Of a stretch of DNA of 64,000 nt, positions 20,862 to 31,748 are shown one piece after another. Position numbers and translations under genes: made by a program. How positions within the stretch are numbered: position 1 is the first letter of the stretch; each line of letters begins with the position of its first letter. The notes below the pieces were generated by a model, which did not search any database, had not been told where the DNA came from, and saw only the letters and a list, made by a program, of their open reading frames with translations. Source of the DNA: an uncultured Methylomirabilota bacterium (GTDB taxonomy: Bacteria; Methylomirabilota; Methylomirabilia; Methylomirabilales; 2-02-FULL-66-22). The DNA lies in the NCBI GenBank assembly GCA_963705305.1, contig OY970067.1, positions 3,520,001-3,584,000 of the forward strand, read 5' to 3'.

Positions 20862-21560
20862 CTAATGCCTTCCATGGCCCAGGGCACACTCCGCAACGAG
20901 CGATCGGTGGATTTCGCTGCTCCCCTCGATGCCCTGCATGAAACGTGGCGTCCCGTCGGTTGCGGCCCCCGTTGTAGTCGTCCGAGCAGCCGGAGGCGCC
21001 GTGGATCTGCATGGCGTGCTCGGCCGCCCCCCATGAGCATGTCGCTGGCATACATCCTGCCCATGGAGGCCTCCACCCGCGCCGTTGACCCTGGTCTTTC
21101 GACCGGGCCGGCTTGACTGGCGCTCTTGTGCCAGAGCAGCCTGTCGGTCGCCTGAGACCGGATAAGCTGGCGGTGGCCGATGGGCTGGCGAAGGTTTCAC
21201 GGGTGGGGATGTAGGCGAACGACTCCTCGCGGCAGGCCCGGAGCATCGCGCAGCAGCGGGACGTCATACCGAGCTGGCCATTGTCCACCATGCACATCAG
21301 CCTGGCAACCCAGGGTGCTCGGTCCTGTCGGAGGGCGGCCAATCCAAAGCGGCCGGACGCGCCGAGGCCACGCGGTCCAGCACCGCTGCCAGAGCTGCCT
21401 CCGTGGCGCGGGAGATCTCAATGATACAGATGCCGGTTAGGCCCAGCAAGGAACGCGGAGGTCGCGGGTCCTCCTTGCGAACCGAGCAAGCTCCGCCGCC
21501 TCCTTGGGGTGGGAACGCACGCCAAATAGCCGTGCGTATACACCAGACGGCGCCCATGGG
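20862..21560 (-). pseudogene. Degraded acyl-CoA dehydrogenase
   Basis: Fragments in different frames: ICIIEISR, EASMGRMYASD, AMQIHGASGCSDDY...RDA, IEGSSEIHRSLVA. Confidence 0.65.
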
Positions 21561-21615
21561 TCAAGCCCAAAATGGGGTGTAAAAGCAAAAAGGCGTAGGG
21601 TGCCATGTTAGGGGG

Positions 21616-22965
21616 TTAGCGTCCCCCGCGCGGTCTTGCCGATTCTGGGGCGGCCGCCGCCGCGGTTCCCCGGCGCGAAGGGAGATCCGACGGCGTGGTC
21701 CCGGTGATGAGGCGGGCGCCGCGGCTGAAGGTCAGGTACTGGAAGCCCCACTGGATGAAGACGAGCACCCGGCTCTGGAACTGAACGAGATACATCAGGT
21801 GGACAAATAGCCAGAGCAGCCAGGCCATGAAGCCGGACACGTGGAACCCCCGGAGGTCGGCCACCGCGGCGGCCCGGCCGATCACGGCCATCGTGCCCCG
21901 TTCCCTGTAGCGAAAGGGTGGGAGCGGCGGCTTGCCATCGAGGCGCCGGATGATGGCCCGCGCGGCGTAGGCGCCCTGCTGCATGGCGACCGGCGCAAGA
22001 CCGGGGAGGGGGTGGCCGTCGGGGCCGCTCGCGCAGGCGAGGTCGCCGATGACGTAGATGTCGGGAAATTGTGGGAGCGTGAGGTCCGCCTGCACCTGCA
22101 CCCGGCCGCCCCGATCGGTCGTCGCCCCAGTCCGTTGGGACAGCGTTTGCCCGAGCGCCGTCGGGCGCACGCCGCCGGCCCAGAGGACGGTCTTGGCTGG
22201 CACCCGCTCCGGCCCGCCCGGGCCCTCAATCGCCACGCCGTCCCCATCGACCCCGACCACCTGCACCCCTGTCCGCACCTGCACGCCCAGGGCGGCCAGC
22301 TGCCGCGCCGCTTTGACGGACAGGTTCGGCGGGAAGCTCGAGAGCACGCGCGGGGCCCCCTCCAGGAGGAGGATCCGCGCATCCTGAGAGCGGATGCGGC
22401 GGAAGTCGTGGCGGAGGGTCTCGCGGGCGATCTCGGCCAGGGCGCCGGCGAGCTCGAGGCCGGTCGGCCCGGCGCCCACGATCACGAAGGTGAGCCAAGG
22501 ACGGGACTCCTCCCGGGTGCGGAGGCGCTCCGCGGCCTCGAACGCATAGAGGATCTTGTGGCGGACCTCCGTAGCCTCCTCCACACTCTTCAGGTCCAGG
22601 GCCCAGCGCTGCCAGTCGGGGTGGCCGAAGTAGTTCCCCTGGGAGCCGGTGGCGACGATGAGGGAGTCGTAGGGGAGCGCTTCCCCGTCCGCGAGGAGGA
22701 GCTGCTTGCCGTGCGGATCGATGTCCTGCGCCTCGCCGAGCAGCACCCGGGTATTCGCCTGCCGGGCGAGGACCGCCCGCAGCGGAGCCGCGATCTCGCC
22801 CGGCGAGAGCGACCCGGTGGCCACCTGGTACAGCAAGGGCTGGAACAGGTGATAGTTGCGGCGGTCGATGAGGGTCGCCTCGACCGGGGCCTTGGCCAGG
22901 GTGCGGGCCGCGTAGAGGCCACCGAACCCCCCGCCGACGATGAGGACCCGGTGTGTTTCAGGCAT
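21616..22965 (-). CDS. ndh: Type II NADH dehydrogenase (NDH-2)
   Basis: IVGGGFGG, HLFQPLLYQVATG, VGAGPTGLELAG, WAGGV, IGD, APVAMQQG. Confidence 0.93.
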   Translation of the reverse strand: MPETHRVLIVGGGFGGLYAARTLAKAPVEATLIDRRNYHLFQPLLYQVATGSLSPGEIAAPLRAVLARQANTRVLLGEAQDIDPHGKQLLLADGEALPYDSLIVATGSQGNYFGHPDWQRWALDLKSVEEATEVRHKILYAFEAAERLRTREESRPWLTFVIVGAGPTGLELAGALAEIARETLRHDFRRIRSQDARILLLEGAPRVLSSFPPNLSVKAARQLAALGVQVRTGVQVVGVDGDGVAIEGPGGPERVPAKTVLWAGGVRPTALGQTLSQRTGATTDRGGRVQVQADLTLPQFPDIYVIGDLACASGPDGHPLPGLAPVAMQQGAYAARAIIRRLDGKPPLPPFRYRERGTMAVIGRAAAVADLRGFHVSGFMAWLLWLFVHLMYLVQFQSRVLVFIQWGFQYLTFSRGARLITGTTPSDLPSRRGTAAAAAPESARPRGGR

Positions 22966-23099
22966 GGTGTCCCTCCGAAACGGTGCGACACCGATCGCCG
23001 CAATTGGTGTTGGCAGTATGCCCTGGCAAGCGCCGGCAGGCAACTCGGGGGACCCGCGGGGCACTGCGCCAGCTCTCGACACTACCAGGTCATGTCCGA

Positions 23100-23240
23100 T
23101 GATCCTTTGCAAGGTATTATGTTCAGTTATTAACAATAGTACAATTAAAATGATCGTAATATTTACTTCTTTGTTATTATTTTATGTTGACTTAATCATA
23201 TTGCGATATAATATTATCACCATCACAAAAAAATAGAGTG
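23100..23240. promoter_or_regulatory. AT-rich divergent promoter/operator region (ndh / DeoR operon)
   Basis: Sharp AT-rich island in GC-rich DNA; TTGACT at 23187 and TATAAT at 23207. Confidence 0.55.
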
Positions 23241-23257
23241 TGTTGAGGGGGGAACCG

Positions 23258-24136
23258 ATGCCAAGGAAGAAAATGACCATTGAAGATCGTCGAAACACGA
23301 TTTGTGAACTCCTGAAAAGCGGCAAAATCCTGAGCATCGATTACCTGAGCTCTGTCTTGGGAAATTCTCCCATGACGATCCGCCGCGACCTTAGTTTTCT
23401 GAGCGAACGCGGTTTAGTCCAGCGGGTCCACGGTGGTGCTGCATTGAGCCGGTCCGAAGTGACCGAGCCGCCCTACACGATTCGCGAGCGGGAGATGCAG
23501 CGAGAGAAGCAACAGATCGGGCTGGCAGCGGCTGGACTCGTCGGCGAGCGGGAAGCGCTTCTGATCGACATTGGGAGCACGCTTCTATATCTCGTCCGGA
23601 GCCTTCCGCTCGAGAAGGACATCACGATCATCACCCACTGGCTGCCGGTCGTTTTGGAGCTGAGCCGCCGGTCGCCTTCTAAGGTGATCTTTCTTGGCGG
23701 CCAGGTCAGCTTTGGGGAATTGTGCGCCACGGGCGGCTACACGATGGAGATGTTGCAGAACTTCCATGCCGACAAGTTATTCCTCGGGGTAGCCGGAGTA
23801 TCCAGCCAGTATGGCCTGACCGACTACAACGCCGAGGAGATCCAGGTGAAGCGAGAGATGATCAAGTGTGCCAAGAAGGTCATCGTCCTCGCTGACCACA
23901 GCAAGTTCGGGCGCGTCGCACCGTTGAAGATTGCTGACCTGACCGGCATCCACCAGATCATCACGGATGAAGGCATTGCCGAGAGCGACCGAGCGGCTGT
24001 TGAGAGCTGCGGCGTTGAAGTTGTGAGTGCTGGTCAGCGGGGAGGCTGGGGGACAGGCGCGAATGGGCCCCTCGGATCGGGGCCATCCTCTCTTGAGTCT
24101 CGAGCAGCCGCAGATTCAGGATCGCAGGGTGCCTGA
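23258..24136 (+). CDS. DeoR/GlpR family transcriptional regulator
   Basis: MTIRRDL, RVHGGA, DIGST, ADHSKFG, IITD. Confidence 0.93.
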   Translation: MPRKKMTIEDRRNTICELLKSGKILSIDYLSSVLGNSPMTIRRDLSFLSERGLVQRVHGGAALSRSEVTEPPYTIREREMQREKQQIGLAAAGLVGEREALLIDIGSTLLYLVRSLPLEKDITIITHWLPVVLELSRRSPSKVIFLGGQVSFGELCATGGYTMEMLQNFHADKLFLGVAGVSSQYGLTDYNAEEIQVKREMIKCAKKVIVLADHSKFGRVAPLKIADLTGIHQIITDEGIAESDRAAVESCGVEVVSAGQRGGWGTGANGPLGSGPSSLESRAAADSGSQGA

Positions 24137-24196
24137 TCGTTCCCCCGGAACCTGAAGGGTCGAAGTGGCGTCACAACACCAAGCCAGGGAGGTCTG

Positions 24197-24853
24197 ATGA
24201 AGATCAAGACGGAATTGAAAGAGGAGTTGGCAGCAGCCACGCGGCTCTTTTGGGAAAAGGGGTTGAGTCCCGGCCGCGACGCGGGTGATGTCTCCCTCCG
24301 GGATTTGGAAACCGGGTTAATTTATATTTGCCCGCGTCCGAAGCCCAAGGTCCTCCGGATCCCCAAATGGGGAGTGATCAAGGCCGCCCACATGGTTGCG
24401 ATCGACCCGGAGGGAAAGGTGGTCGATGATTCCGGCCTGCTGCCGACGGTGGAGGCGCCGATGCACGTCGCCATCTACAAAGCCAGGCCCGATGTGAATG
24501 CGATTGTCCACTCGCACGCCGTGTGGTCGTCCGCCTTCGCGGTGACGGGGAAGAACATCCCGTTGATCCTGGCCGAGCAATCCCTCCGCCTCGGAGGCGA
24601 GGTGGTCTGCGCCGCCTACGGGAAGGTGGGCTCCAAAGAGATCGCCCAGAACATCGTACAGGCGCTGGGCAAGAATAAGATGGCGGCGCTCATGCAGAAT
24701 CATGGGGCCGTGGCCCTCGGTGTCACCCTTGAAGAAGCCTTCATCGCCTCCGATTTTCTGGAGAAAGGCGCCCAGGTGGCGATCCTCGGAGGGATGCTCG
24801 GGCCGCTGATTGTCCGCCGGCCGGAGGAGATCCTGGACGAAAGCCTCAAGTAG
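24197..24853 (+). CDS. Class II aldolase/adducin family protein (FucA-like)
   Basis: PTVEAPMHVAIY, AIVHSH, LMQNHG. Confidence 0.88.
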   Translation: MKIKTELKEELAAATRLFWEKGLSPGRDAGDVSLRDLETGLIYICPRPKPKVLRIPKWGVIKAAHMVAIDPEGKVVDDSGLLPTVEAPMHVAIYKARPDVNAIVHSHAVWSSAFAVTGKNIPLILAEQSLRLGGEVVCAAYGKVGSKEIAQNIVQALGKNKMAALMQNHGAVALGVTLEEAFIASDFLEKGAQVAILGGMLGPLIVRRPEEILDESLK

Positions 24854-24936
24854 GAATCTTGGAAAGTCCTATCGGATGATCGCGGAGCCCGGCGCAAGTG
24901 TGGCGGGCTCGGGTGGGTTCGGGAAGGGAGGATGAG

Positions 24937-25275
24937 GTGGAGCCACGTGGAGTCATTCGGACGGCGAGGGAAGCCAAGACGTTCATGGATGAGGGTGAAT
25001 TCATTCGCGAGTACTTTCGCACCGCCCGGTTGACGTTCGGCGTTTCCGAGCTGCTTCCCGGAAAAGTGGGCGGCCTCGACAGGGGTCATTCGGAGGCGGA
25101 CGAGGTCTTCTACTGCGCCGCTGGTCACGTCCTCTGCTACTTCCCCGAGGAGGATCGATACTATCAGCTGGAAAGAGGCGACGCCCTCCTCATCCCGCAG
25201 GGCGTGGGCCACAAGCTCCTAAACGTCGGAGACGAACGGGCCGTGATCGTCTGGTGCTGCGCCCCCCATCCGTGA
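24937..25275 (+). CDS. Cupin domain protein
   Basis: H...DEVFY..G, L..GDALLIP.GV.H..N. Confidence 0.82.
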   Translation: MEPRGVIRTAREAKTFMDEGEFIREYFRTARLTFGVSELLPGKVGGLDRGHSEADEVFYCAAGHVLCYFPEEDRYYQLERGDALLIPQGVGHKLLNVGDERAVIVWCCAPHP

Positions 25276-25308
25276 GGTACCGCATAGGCAGAGCGGAGGA
25301 AACCGGCG

Positions 25309-26833
25309 ATGCAGGATCTCATCCTCAGCGTGGACCTGGGAACGACAGCCGTCAAGGTGGCCCTCTTCAACGGGTCAGGGGAACTGAAGGCTCTCTCGAC
25401 ACAAGAGTATGCCCTGCTCACCCCGAAGCCTGCAGTGGTTGAGGGGGACCCGAAGACCTACTGGGACTCCTTCAAGAAGGGGATTCGCGACCTTCAGACC
25501 AAGTCGCCATTTCCGCCGGAGCGTGTCCGGGCACTCGGTATTTCCGCCCAGGGAGAAACCCTCTTCTGTCTGGATAGGGACGGAACCCCGCTGCGCAACG
25601 CCATCGTCTGGATGGACAATCGGGCCCAGGCGGAGGCAGAGCGCCTGGCCGCCGAGTTCACCAATGAAGCCTGTTACCGGATCACCGGCCAGGTTAGCTT
25701 CGATCCCTGCTGGCCGGCGGCGAAGATCCTCTGGCTGCGTTCCCACGAACCGGATCTCTTCAGGAAGACCGCGACCTTTGCCCTCATCGAGGACTACTTC
25801 ATTCGCCGGATGACGGGTCGGCTGGTGTCCGAAGGCTCCCTCCTGTGCTCGACAGTGTATTGGAATATCACCACGAAGGCGTGGTGGCCGGAGATGCTTG
25901 CGTACCTTGAGAATCAGCGAGGCGCGCCTCCCGGAGATCCGCGAACCCGGCGAGGCCGTTGGTCCGATCCTACCGGAGGTCGCGGCAGAATTGGGATTGA
26001 GCCCGAACACGATCGTGGCCACGGGGGCCCTCGACCAGGCAGCGGGGGCCGTCGGGGTCGGCAACATTGCCGAGGGGATCTTCTCGGAGAACATCGGCGC
26101 GGCGCTGGCTGTCTGCTCGCCGGTCCGACGGCCGGCGTTCCATGCGAGCCGCCTCCTGCCCATCCACTACTTCGCGATCCCCGACATGTACATGATGCAC
26201 AGCTTCACCACCGGCGGGATGGTCCTCCGCTGGTTCCGCGACGCCTTCTGCGAGATGGAGAAAACCGTCGGCGGAATGATCGGCAGCGACCCCTACGATC
26301 TGCTGGGTCGCGAGGCCGCTGCGGTCCCCCCCGGGTGCGAAGGGCTGATCATGCTCCCTCACCTGAACGGGTCCATGGCGCCGGACGTAAACCCGAAAGC
26401 GAAGGGGGTTTTTTACGGCTTCACGCTCAAGCACCAGAAGCCCCATTTCGTCCGGGCCATCATGGAGGCCCTGGGGTATCTCGTCCGGCGCAACATCGAG
26501 GCGCTGGAGGGCGTCGGGATCGCGGTGGGGGAGATCCGCTCCTTGGGGGGCGGCGCCCGCAGCGCCGTCTGGAACCAGATCAAGGCCGACATCACCGGCC
26601 GGCCGCTCATCACCATGCAGTGCACGGAGGCGGCCAGCCTGGGGGCGGCAATCCTGGCCGGAAAGGCGGTCGGGATGTACAGCGACATTGCAGAGGCGTG
26701 CGCCCGGATGATCCGCGTGGCCGGCCGATTCGAACCGAATCCCGCCTGCCGAGGCGTCTACGACCGGAGCTACGATCATTACAAGACTCTCCTCAACGAT
26801 CTGACCGCGCTGTTCCAAAAGAGCTATGAATAA
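25309..26833 (+). pseudogene. FGGY-family carbohydrate kinase (xylulokinase-like), frameshifted near 25910
   Basis: N-half (DLGTTAVK, WMDNR) and C-half (GALDQAAGAVG, GGGARS, EAASLGAA) are in different frames; removing A25910 restores ...YLGISE... Confidence 0.8.
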
Positions 26834-26860
26834 CCCGGGCACCACGCCCGAAGGAGGCAC

Positions 26861-27619
26861 ATGAGACCCGAACTGATAGTCATGCTGACCCTGAACGATC
26901 AAACGGTCCCGAACGCCATCGAGGTGTTCGCGACTTGCCGCGACCTGCCCGTACAGTTCTGGGGGTTCAAGAACGTCGGACTTCCGATCGACCAGATGAA
27001 GGTTCTGGTGGAGAACCTCAAGGCGGCCGGGAAGACCGCGTGTCTCGAGGTGGTGACCTACACGGAGGCCGAGTGCCTGGCCGCTGCCCGGCTGGCGGTG
27101 GAATGCCGATTCGACTATCTGATGGGGACCGTCTTCTACCCGGGGGTCTTTGCCTTCTTGAAGGGGAAGCCGATCAAGTTCTCTCCTTTCATCGGCAAGG
27201 TGAGCGGTCATCCGAGCATTCTGGAAGGTTCCATCGACGAGATCGTCGCGGAGGGGCGGAAGCTCGTGGACCTCGGTGTGGACGCGTTCGACCTCCTGGC
27301 CTACCGGTACGTGGGTGATCCGGAGGCGCTGGCCACGGCCGTCATCCGAGCCATGAGCGTCCCCGTGATCCTGGCGGGAAGCGTGGACAGCTTCGCCCGG
27401 ATCGACCGGGTCAAGGCGATGGGTGCATGGGGCTTTACGATCGGCGGGGCCTTCTTCGCCAAGAAGTTCCTTGCAGGGGGCTCCTTCCGAGAGCAGGTCG
27501 CGGTGGTGGCCAAATACCTGCAAGAAGGCGATATAGGGGAGCCGCGTCGCGGCCGCCCGCCCGCAAAGGGAAGGGTTCCCGACGGGGTGCCACGCTCCCG
27601 ATTGTCTCAAGATGGATGA
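26861..27619 (+). CDS. Conserved hypothetical protein, probable TIM barrel
   Basis: GAAGGAGG SD; alternating beta/alpha pattern, DLLAYRY, AGSVDS, FTIGGAFF resembling a phosphate-binding end. Confidence 0.6.
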   Translation: MRPELIVMLTLNDQTVPNAIEVFATCRDLPVQFWGFKNVGLPIDQMKVLVENLKAAGKTACLEVVTYTEAECLAAARLAVECRFDYLMGTVFYPGVFAFLKGKPIKFSPFIGKVSGHPSILEGSIDEIVAEGRKLVDLGVDAFDLLAYRYVGDPEALATAVIRAMSVPVILAGSVDSFARIDRVKAMGAWGFTIGGAFFAKKFLAGGSFREQVAVVAKYLQEGDIGEPRRGRPPAKGRVPDGVPRSRLSQDG

Positions 27620-27974
27620 GGTCGGTAGAATTGATCAATGAACGGAGATTGGAAATGAGGAAAGGAGGGTAGGAAGACCCTTGGTACCTTGCGAGGCAGG
27701 CTGCGACCTCGGGCGGGAATGTGGCGGGCGTGTTTGGGCGACCCGATCCCTCCGGGGAAAGGGTGGAAGAACAGGGCATTCGGCGAATTGATAGGGAAGA
27801 GCCCTTCGCCCGGGCTGCTGCCTGATCTTCGCCAGGAGTACATGGGCACGAACAGAACGGGCACGACGGCAAGCGGCACAGAGGTGCACGCAGGGTATTC
27901 GTCATCGGGTGTTCAGTCGGAGGAACTCCTTGGCAAGAAGGTGGGTCCTGCGACTAAGGAGGGAAGAGGATAAT

Positions 27975-29594
27975 ATGAGCACACTCGTGAAGCGGCGTCC
28001 CATCTTGCTGGTGATCATCCTGGCATTCGGCCTGGCAATCCCGGGGGCATTCGGTGTCTCAGGAGCGGTGGCGGGGCAGCCCGCGGGCGGGAAGACGCTG
28101 GTCATGGCGATGGATCAGTCGGATATGAAGACCCTCGACCCCGGCCGCCAGTTCGAGTTCGCCGGGGAGTTCATCAACCTCAACTGCTATGACACGCTCG
28201 TGGCGCACAAAAGCCCGACGGACCTCACGACGTTCGTCCCCCTCATTGCGACCTCCTGGAGCATATCCAAGGATGGGAAGGAATATACCTTCAAGCTGCG
28301 GAAAGATGTGAAGTTCGTCAGCGGGAATCCGCTCACCGCTGAAGATATTCGATTCAGCCTCATGCGCCTCAAGAATCTGAAGGGGAACGCGAGCTGGATG
28401 ATGGATCCCCTGAAAGAGGTCCAGGTCATTGATCCGTATACGGTGAAGACAATCCTGAACGAGCCGTTCGGCGACTGGCTTCCGATGCTGGCAGGGCCGA
28501 ATGCGTCGATCCTGGACTCGAAGGAGGCCCGCGCGCACGGGGCCAGCGATGCGCCGACAGCGGACAAGGACGACAAGGCGGAGGAGTGGCTGAACCAGAA
28601 TTCGGCGGGGAGCGGGCCATTCGTCCTGACGGGCTGGCTCCGGAGCACCGGGATCACGCTGGAGCGGAACCCCCACTACTGGCGGGGGCCCGCGCAGATC
28701 GCCAAGGTAGACATCCGGGACGTCGCCTCGCCTTCGACGCAAAAGCTCCAGGTCGAGAACGGGGACGTGGACGTCGCGCTGAACATCACCCCCGACATCG
28801 TCGCGACGATGCGGGGCGAGAAGAACATCAAGATTGTCTCCGGCCAGTCCCTCGACATGATGTACATGGGGCTGACCGTGGATCCGCAGATTCATCCCCA
28901 ATTGGCCAAGAAGGAGGTCCGGCAGGCGATCCGGGCCGCCATCGACTACGATGGGATTCTTGCCCTGACCAATAATCAGGCGGTGCGCGGACCGGTACCG
29001 TACTCGGTCGGCCTCCTGGGCCTCTCGCAGGCGGATGCCGATCGGCTGGACCCGAGGCTGGATCTCGCCAAAGCCAAGGCACTCTTGGCAAAGGCGGGCG
29101 TGCCCAATGGCTTCAAGTTTCCGCTCCGGTACGGCACCGGGCCCTCCCCGGTCGGCGTTCCCTACGAGATGGTAGCCCAGAAGATCCAGGCGGACCTGAA
29201 GAAAGTTGGAATCGAGGTGGAACTCCTGCCCGATGAATTTGGTGTGATGATGACCAAGTACCGGGCGAAGACAGAAGCGGCAGTAATTGCGTACACGACC
29301 CCGGATTTTGTCGGGCCGTCGGACTGGGTGGGCCAGATGGTCCTCAATACGTGGGCTCCCCGCCTGCACTACGATAGTCCGAAGGCTAAACTGCTCGCCA
29401 ACCAAGGGAACAGCGAGGTCAATCCGAAGAAACGAAGTGAGTTGTATCAGGAGCTCATGAAGCTCTTGTTGGATGAGGGGCCGTACGTGATGCTGTTGCA
29501 GGGCAAGGTCCAGGTCGTCATGCGGCCGAACATCCAGGGGTATCAGTATTTCCCGGTCGGGTATGCGCGGCTCTGGTCGGTGGTGAAGAACTAA
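27975..29594 (+). CDS. ABC transporter substrate-binding protein (peptide/nickel family 5)
   Basis: Signal peptide, TLDP, YTFKLRKDVKF, GSGPF, ERNPHYW, VRQAI. Confidence 0.93.
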   Translation: MSTLVKRRPILLVIILAFGLAIPGAFGVSGAVAGQPAGGKTLVMAMDQSDMKTLDPGRQFEFAGEFINLNCYDTLVAHKSPTDLTTFVPLIATSWSISKDGKEYTFKLRKDVKFVSGNPLTAEDIRFSLMRLKNLKGNASWMMDPLKEVQVIDPYTVKTILNEPFGDWLPMLAGPNASILDSKEARAHGASDAPTADKDDKAEEWLNQNSAGSGPFVLTGWLRSTGITLERNPHYWRGPAQIAKVDIRDVASPSTQKLQVENGDVDVALNITPDIVATMRGEKNIKIVSGQSLDMMYMGLTVDPQIHPQLAKKEVRQAIRAAIDYDGILALTNNQAVRGPVPYSVGLLGLSQADADRLDPRLDLAKAKALLAKAGVPNGFKFPLRYGTGPSPVGVPYEMVAQKIQADLKKVGIEVELLPDEFGVMMTKYRAKTEAAVIAYTTPDFVGPSDWVGQMVLNTWAPRLHYDSPKAKLLANQGNSEVNPKKRSELYQELMKLLLDEGPYVMLLQGKVQVVMRPNIQGYQYFPVGYARLWSVVKN

Positions 29595-29625
29595 AGGGTG
29601 ACCGGGTGAATCGTTGAGGGCTCAT

Positions 29626-29655
29626 TCACCCCGGCTTGCCGCGGGGTAGTTGATT
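29626..29655. repeat. REP-like palindrome (partial copy)
   Basis: caccccggcttgccgcggggtagttgatt, related to 38600-38639. Confidence 0.5.
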
Positions 29656-29814
29656 GCGGGCGGGAGGGGCCCCGAGGCTGTTTGGTGCAGGGGCGTCACA
29701 CGACCGACCTGATGCTCTGCGAGGTATCTGTGGCGTGTGGCGCCCTTGCTGCCCCACTGCTCCGCCCGAAGGCGAGGGGCTTATTTTCCCTGGAATGGAG
29801 ACGAGGGAGCTTCG

Positions 29815-30828
29815 GTGAGTCGATACATCGTACGACGCCTCGTTCTTATGGTCGTGGCAGCCCTGGGAGTGACGCTCATTTCCTTCGTCGTTTCCCACGC
29901 CGTCCCGGCCGATCCGGTTGTGTCCAATCTTGGGCAGATTGCCTCGCAACGTCCCGAGATCGTTCAGGCGTTTCGGGAGAGGTGGGGCCTCGACAAGCCG
30001 CTGTACGAGCAGTATATCGTGTTCGTTCGCAACCTCGCCCATGGCGAGTTCGGTATCTCCATCAACACGCGGCGACCGGTCCGGAAGGATCTCGCTCTGT
30101 TCCTGCCGGCAACCATAGAGCTGGCGACCGTCGCCGTTCTCCTTGCCTTAGTCCTGGGGGTCCCCCTCGGCATCTTCGCAGCCATCCGGCGCGATGGTCC
30201 CATAGACCATCTCGCCCGGCTGGTCTCGTTGGTTGGGGTCTCGATTCCGATCTTCTGGCTGGCGACCGTGTCGCTGGTACTCTTTTACGCCACGCTGCAC
30301 TGGACGGTCGGTCCGGGGCGGTTAGGGCCGCAGATGGAACGCCCAGAAATCGTGACGGGGTTCTTCACGATCGATAGTCTCCTGGCCGGGGACTTTGCCG
30401 CCTTTAGGGATGCCCTGGCGCACCTGATTCTTCCCGGTCTCGTCCTGGCCAGCTCCATCATGGGCCTTGTCACCCGGGTGACGCGATCCTCCATGCTGGA
30501 GGTACTCTCGCAGGACTACACACGGACCGCCAGGGCCAAAGGACTCTCAGAGCTTCGAGTGGTGGCTCGCCACGCGCTGCGCAATGCGCTCATTCCCACT
30601 GTCACGATCTTGGGGTTGGCATACGGCGGACTCCTGGCGGGGGCAGTCATGACCGAAACGATCTTCGCGTGGCCGGGACTCGGCCGCTACGCCTTCGAGT
30701 CCGTGATCACAAATGATTTCCCGAGCATTATGGGCGTGACGTTCGTGATTGGGATTATGTATGTGGCCGTCAACCTGTGCGTGGATCTTTTATACGGCTG
30801 GCTGGATCCCCGGATCTACTATTCATAG
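29815..30828 (+). CDS. Peptide ABC transporter permease (DppB/OppB-like)
   Basis: YIVRRL, GLDKP, PATIEL, TARAKGL, HALRNA, WPGLG. Confidence 0.93.
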   Translation: MSRYIVRRLVLMVVAALGVTLISFVVSHAVPADPVVSNLGQIASQRPEIVQAFRERWGLDKPLYEQYIVFVRNLAHGEFGISINTRRPVRKDLALFLPATIELATVAVLLALVLGVPLGIFAAIRRDGPIDHLARLVSLVGVSIPIFWLATVSLVLFYATLHWTVGPGRLGPQMERPEIVTGFFTIDSLLAGDFAAFRDALAHLILPGLVLASSIMGLVTRVTRSSMLEVLSQDYTRTARAKGLSELRVVARHALRNALIPTVTILGLAYGGLLAGAVMTETIFAWPGLGRYAFESVITNDFPSIMGVTFVIGIMYVAVNLCVDLLYGWLDPRIYYS

Positions 30829-30830
30829 CC

Positions 30831-31748
30831 ATGATGACTGAGATCTCGACAGCGACGGGATCCACGACGGACACGAACATCTCCGAACAGGAATTCGCCG
30901 AACCGTCCGAGAGCGAATGGCGCCTGGTTGTGGGGCGGCTATCCCACAATCCCATGGCGGTGTCAGGTCTCCTCATTGTCCTGGCGTGGGCGCTGATCGC
31001 GGTATTCGCTCCCTGGATCGCCCCCTATAATCCGATCGGCCAAAATGTCCTGAACCGGCTTGCGCCGCCGTCAGTGCACCACTGGCTCGGCATGGATGAG
31101 CTGGGCCGTGATGTCTTCAGTCGTGTGCTCTACGGGGGCCGGGTCTCGCTTCCGGTTGCGGCCGTGGTCGTCATTCTGGCGTCATTGGCCGGGACCCTCT
31201 ACGGGGCGCTGGTCGGCTTTCTTGGCGGGTGGGCTGATGAGATCGGCATGCGGATCGTGGATATGGTGCTTTCGTTCCCGGCGCTCATTCTGGCCATGGC
31301 GATCGCAGCCGCTTTGGGTCCGAGCATCAGGAACTCGATGCTTGCGATGCTCTTAGTCTGGTGGCCACCGTATGCGCGATTGGTCCGCGGCCAAGTGCTC
31401 ACTCTGAAGGAGCACGACTTTGTCCCCGCCGCCCGCGCGCTGGGCATGTCGAATACGCGGATTCTTCTGCGCCATATCCTTCCGAATTCGCTTGCCCCCT
31501 CCTTGGTCCTGATGGCGATGGATTTCGGGAACGCGATTATCATCACGGCGGCCCTGTCTTTCCTCGGCCTCGGCGCCGTCCCGCCGACGCCGGAGTGGGG
31601 GGCGATGGTCTCTGAAGGGCGCGAGCTGATCCAGCAATGGTGGATTTCGACGTTCCCCGGCATTGCCATCCTGCTGGTGTCTATCGCGTTCAACTTTATC
31701 GGCGATGGATTGCGAGACGCAATGGATCCGCGGCTGCACCTGCGCTGA
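30831..31748 (+). CDS. Peptide ABC transporter permease (DppC/OppC-like)
   Basis: HWLGMDELGRDVFSR, HILPN, PEWGAM, GDGLRDAMDP. Confidence 0.93.
   Translation: MMTEISTATGSTTDTNISEQEFAEPSESEWRLVVGRLSHNPMAVSGLLIVLAWALIAVFAPWIAPYNPIGQNVLNRLAPPSVHHWLGMDELGRDVFSRVLYGGRVSLPVAAVVVILASLAGTLYGALVGFLGGWADEIGMRIVDMVLSFPALILAMAIAAALGPSIRNSMLAMLLVWWPPYARLVRGQVLTLKEHDFVPAARALGMSNTRILLRHILPNSLAPSLVLMAMDFGNAIIITAALSFLGLGAVPPTPEWGAMVSEGRELIQQWWISTFPGIAILLVSIAFNFIGDGLRDAMDPRLHLR

Noticed and set aside
25910..26829. 506-aa ORF 25309-26829 as a complete gene, or a programmed frameshift
   Set aside because: The C-terminal half is Arg/Gly/Pro-rich out-of-frame sequence, and there is no slippery site
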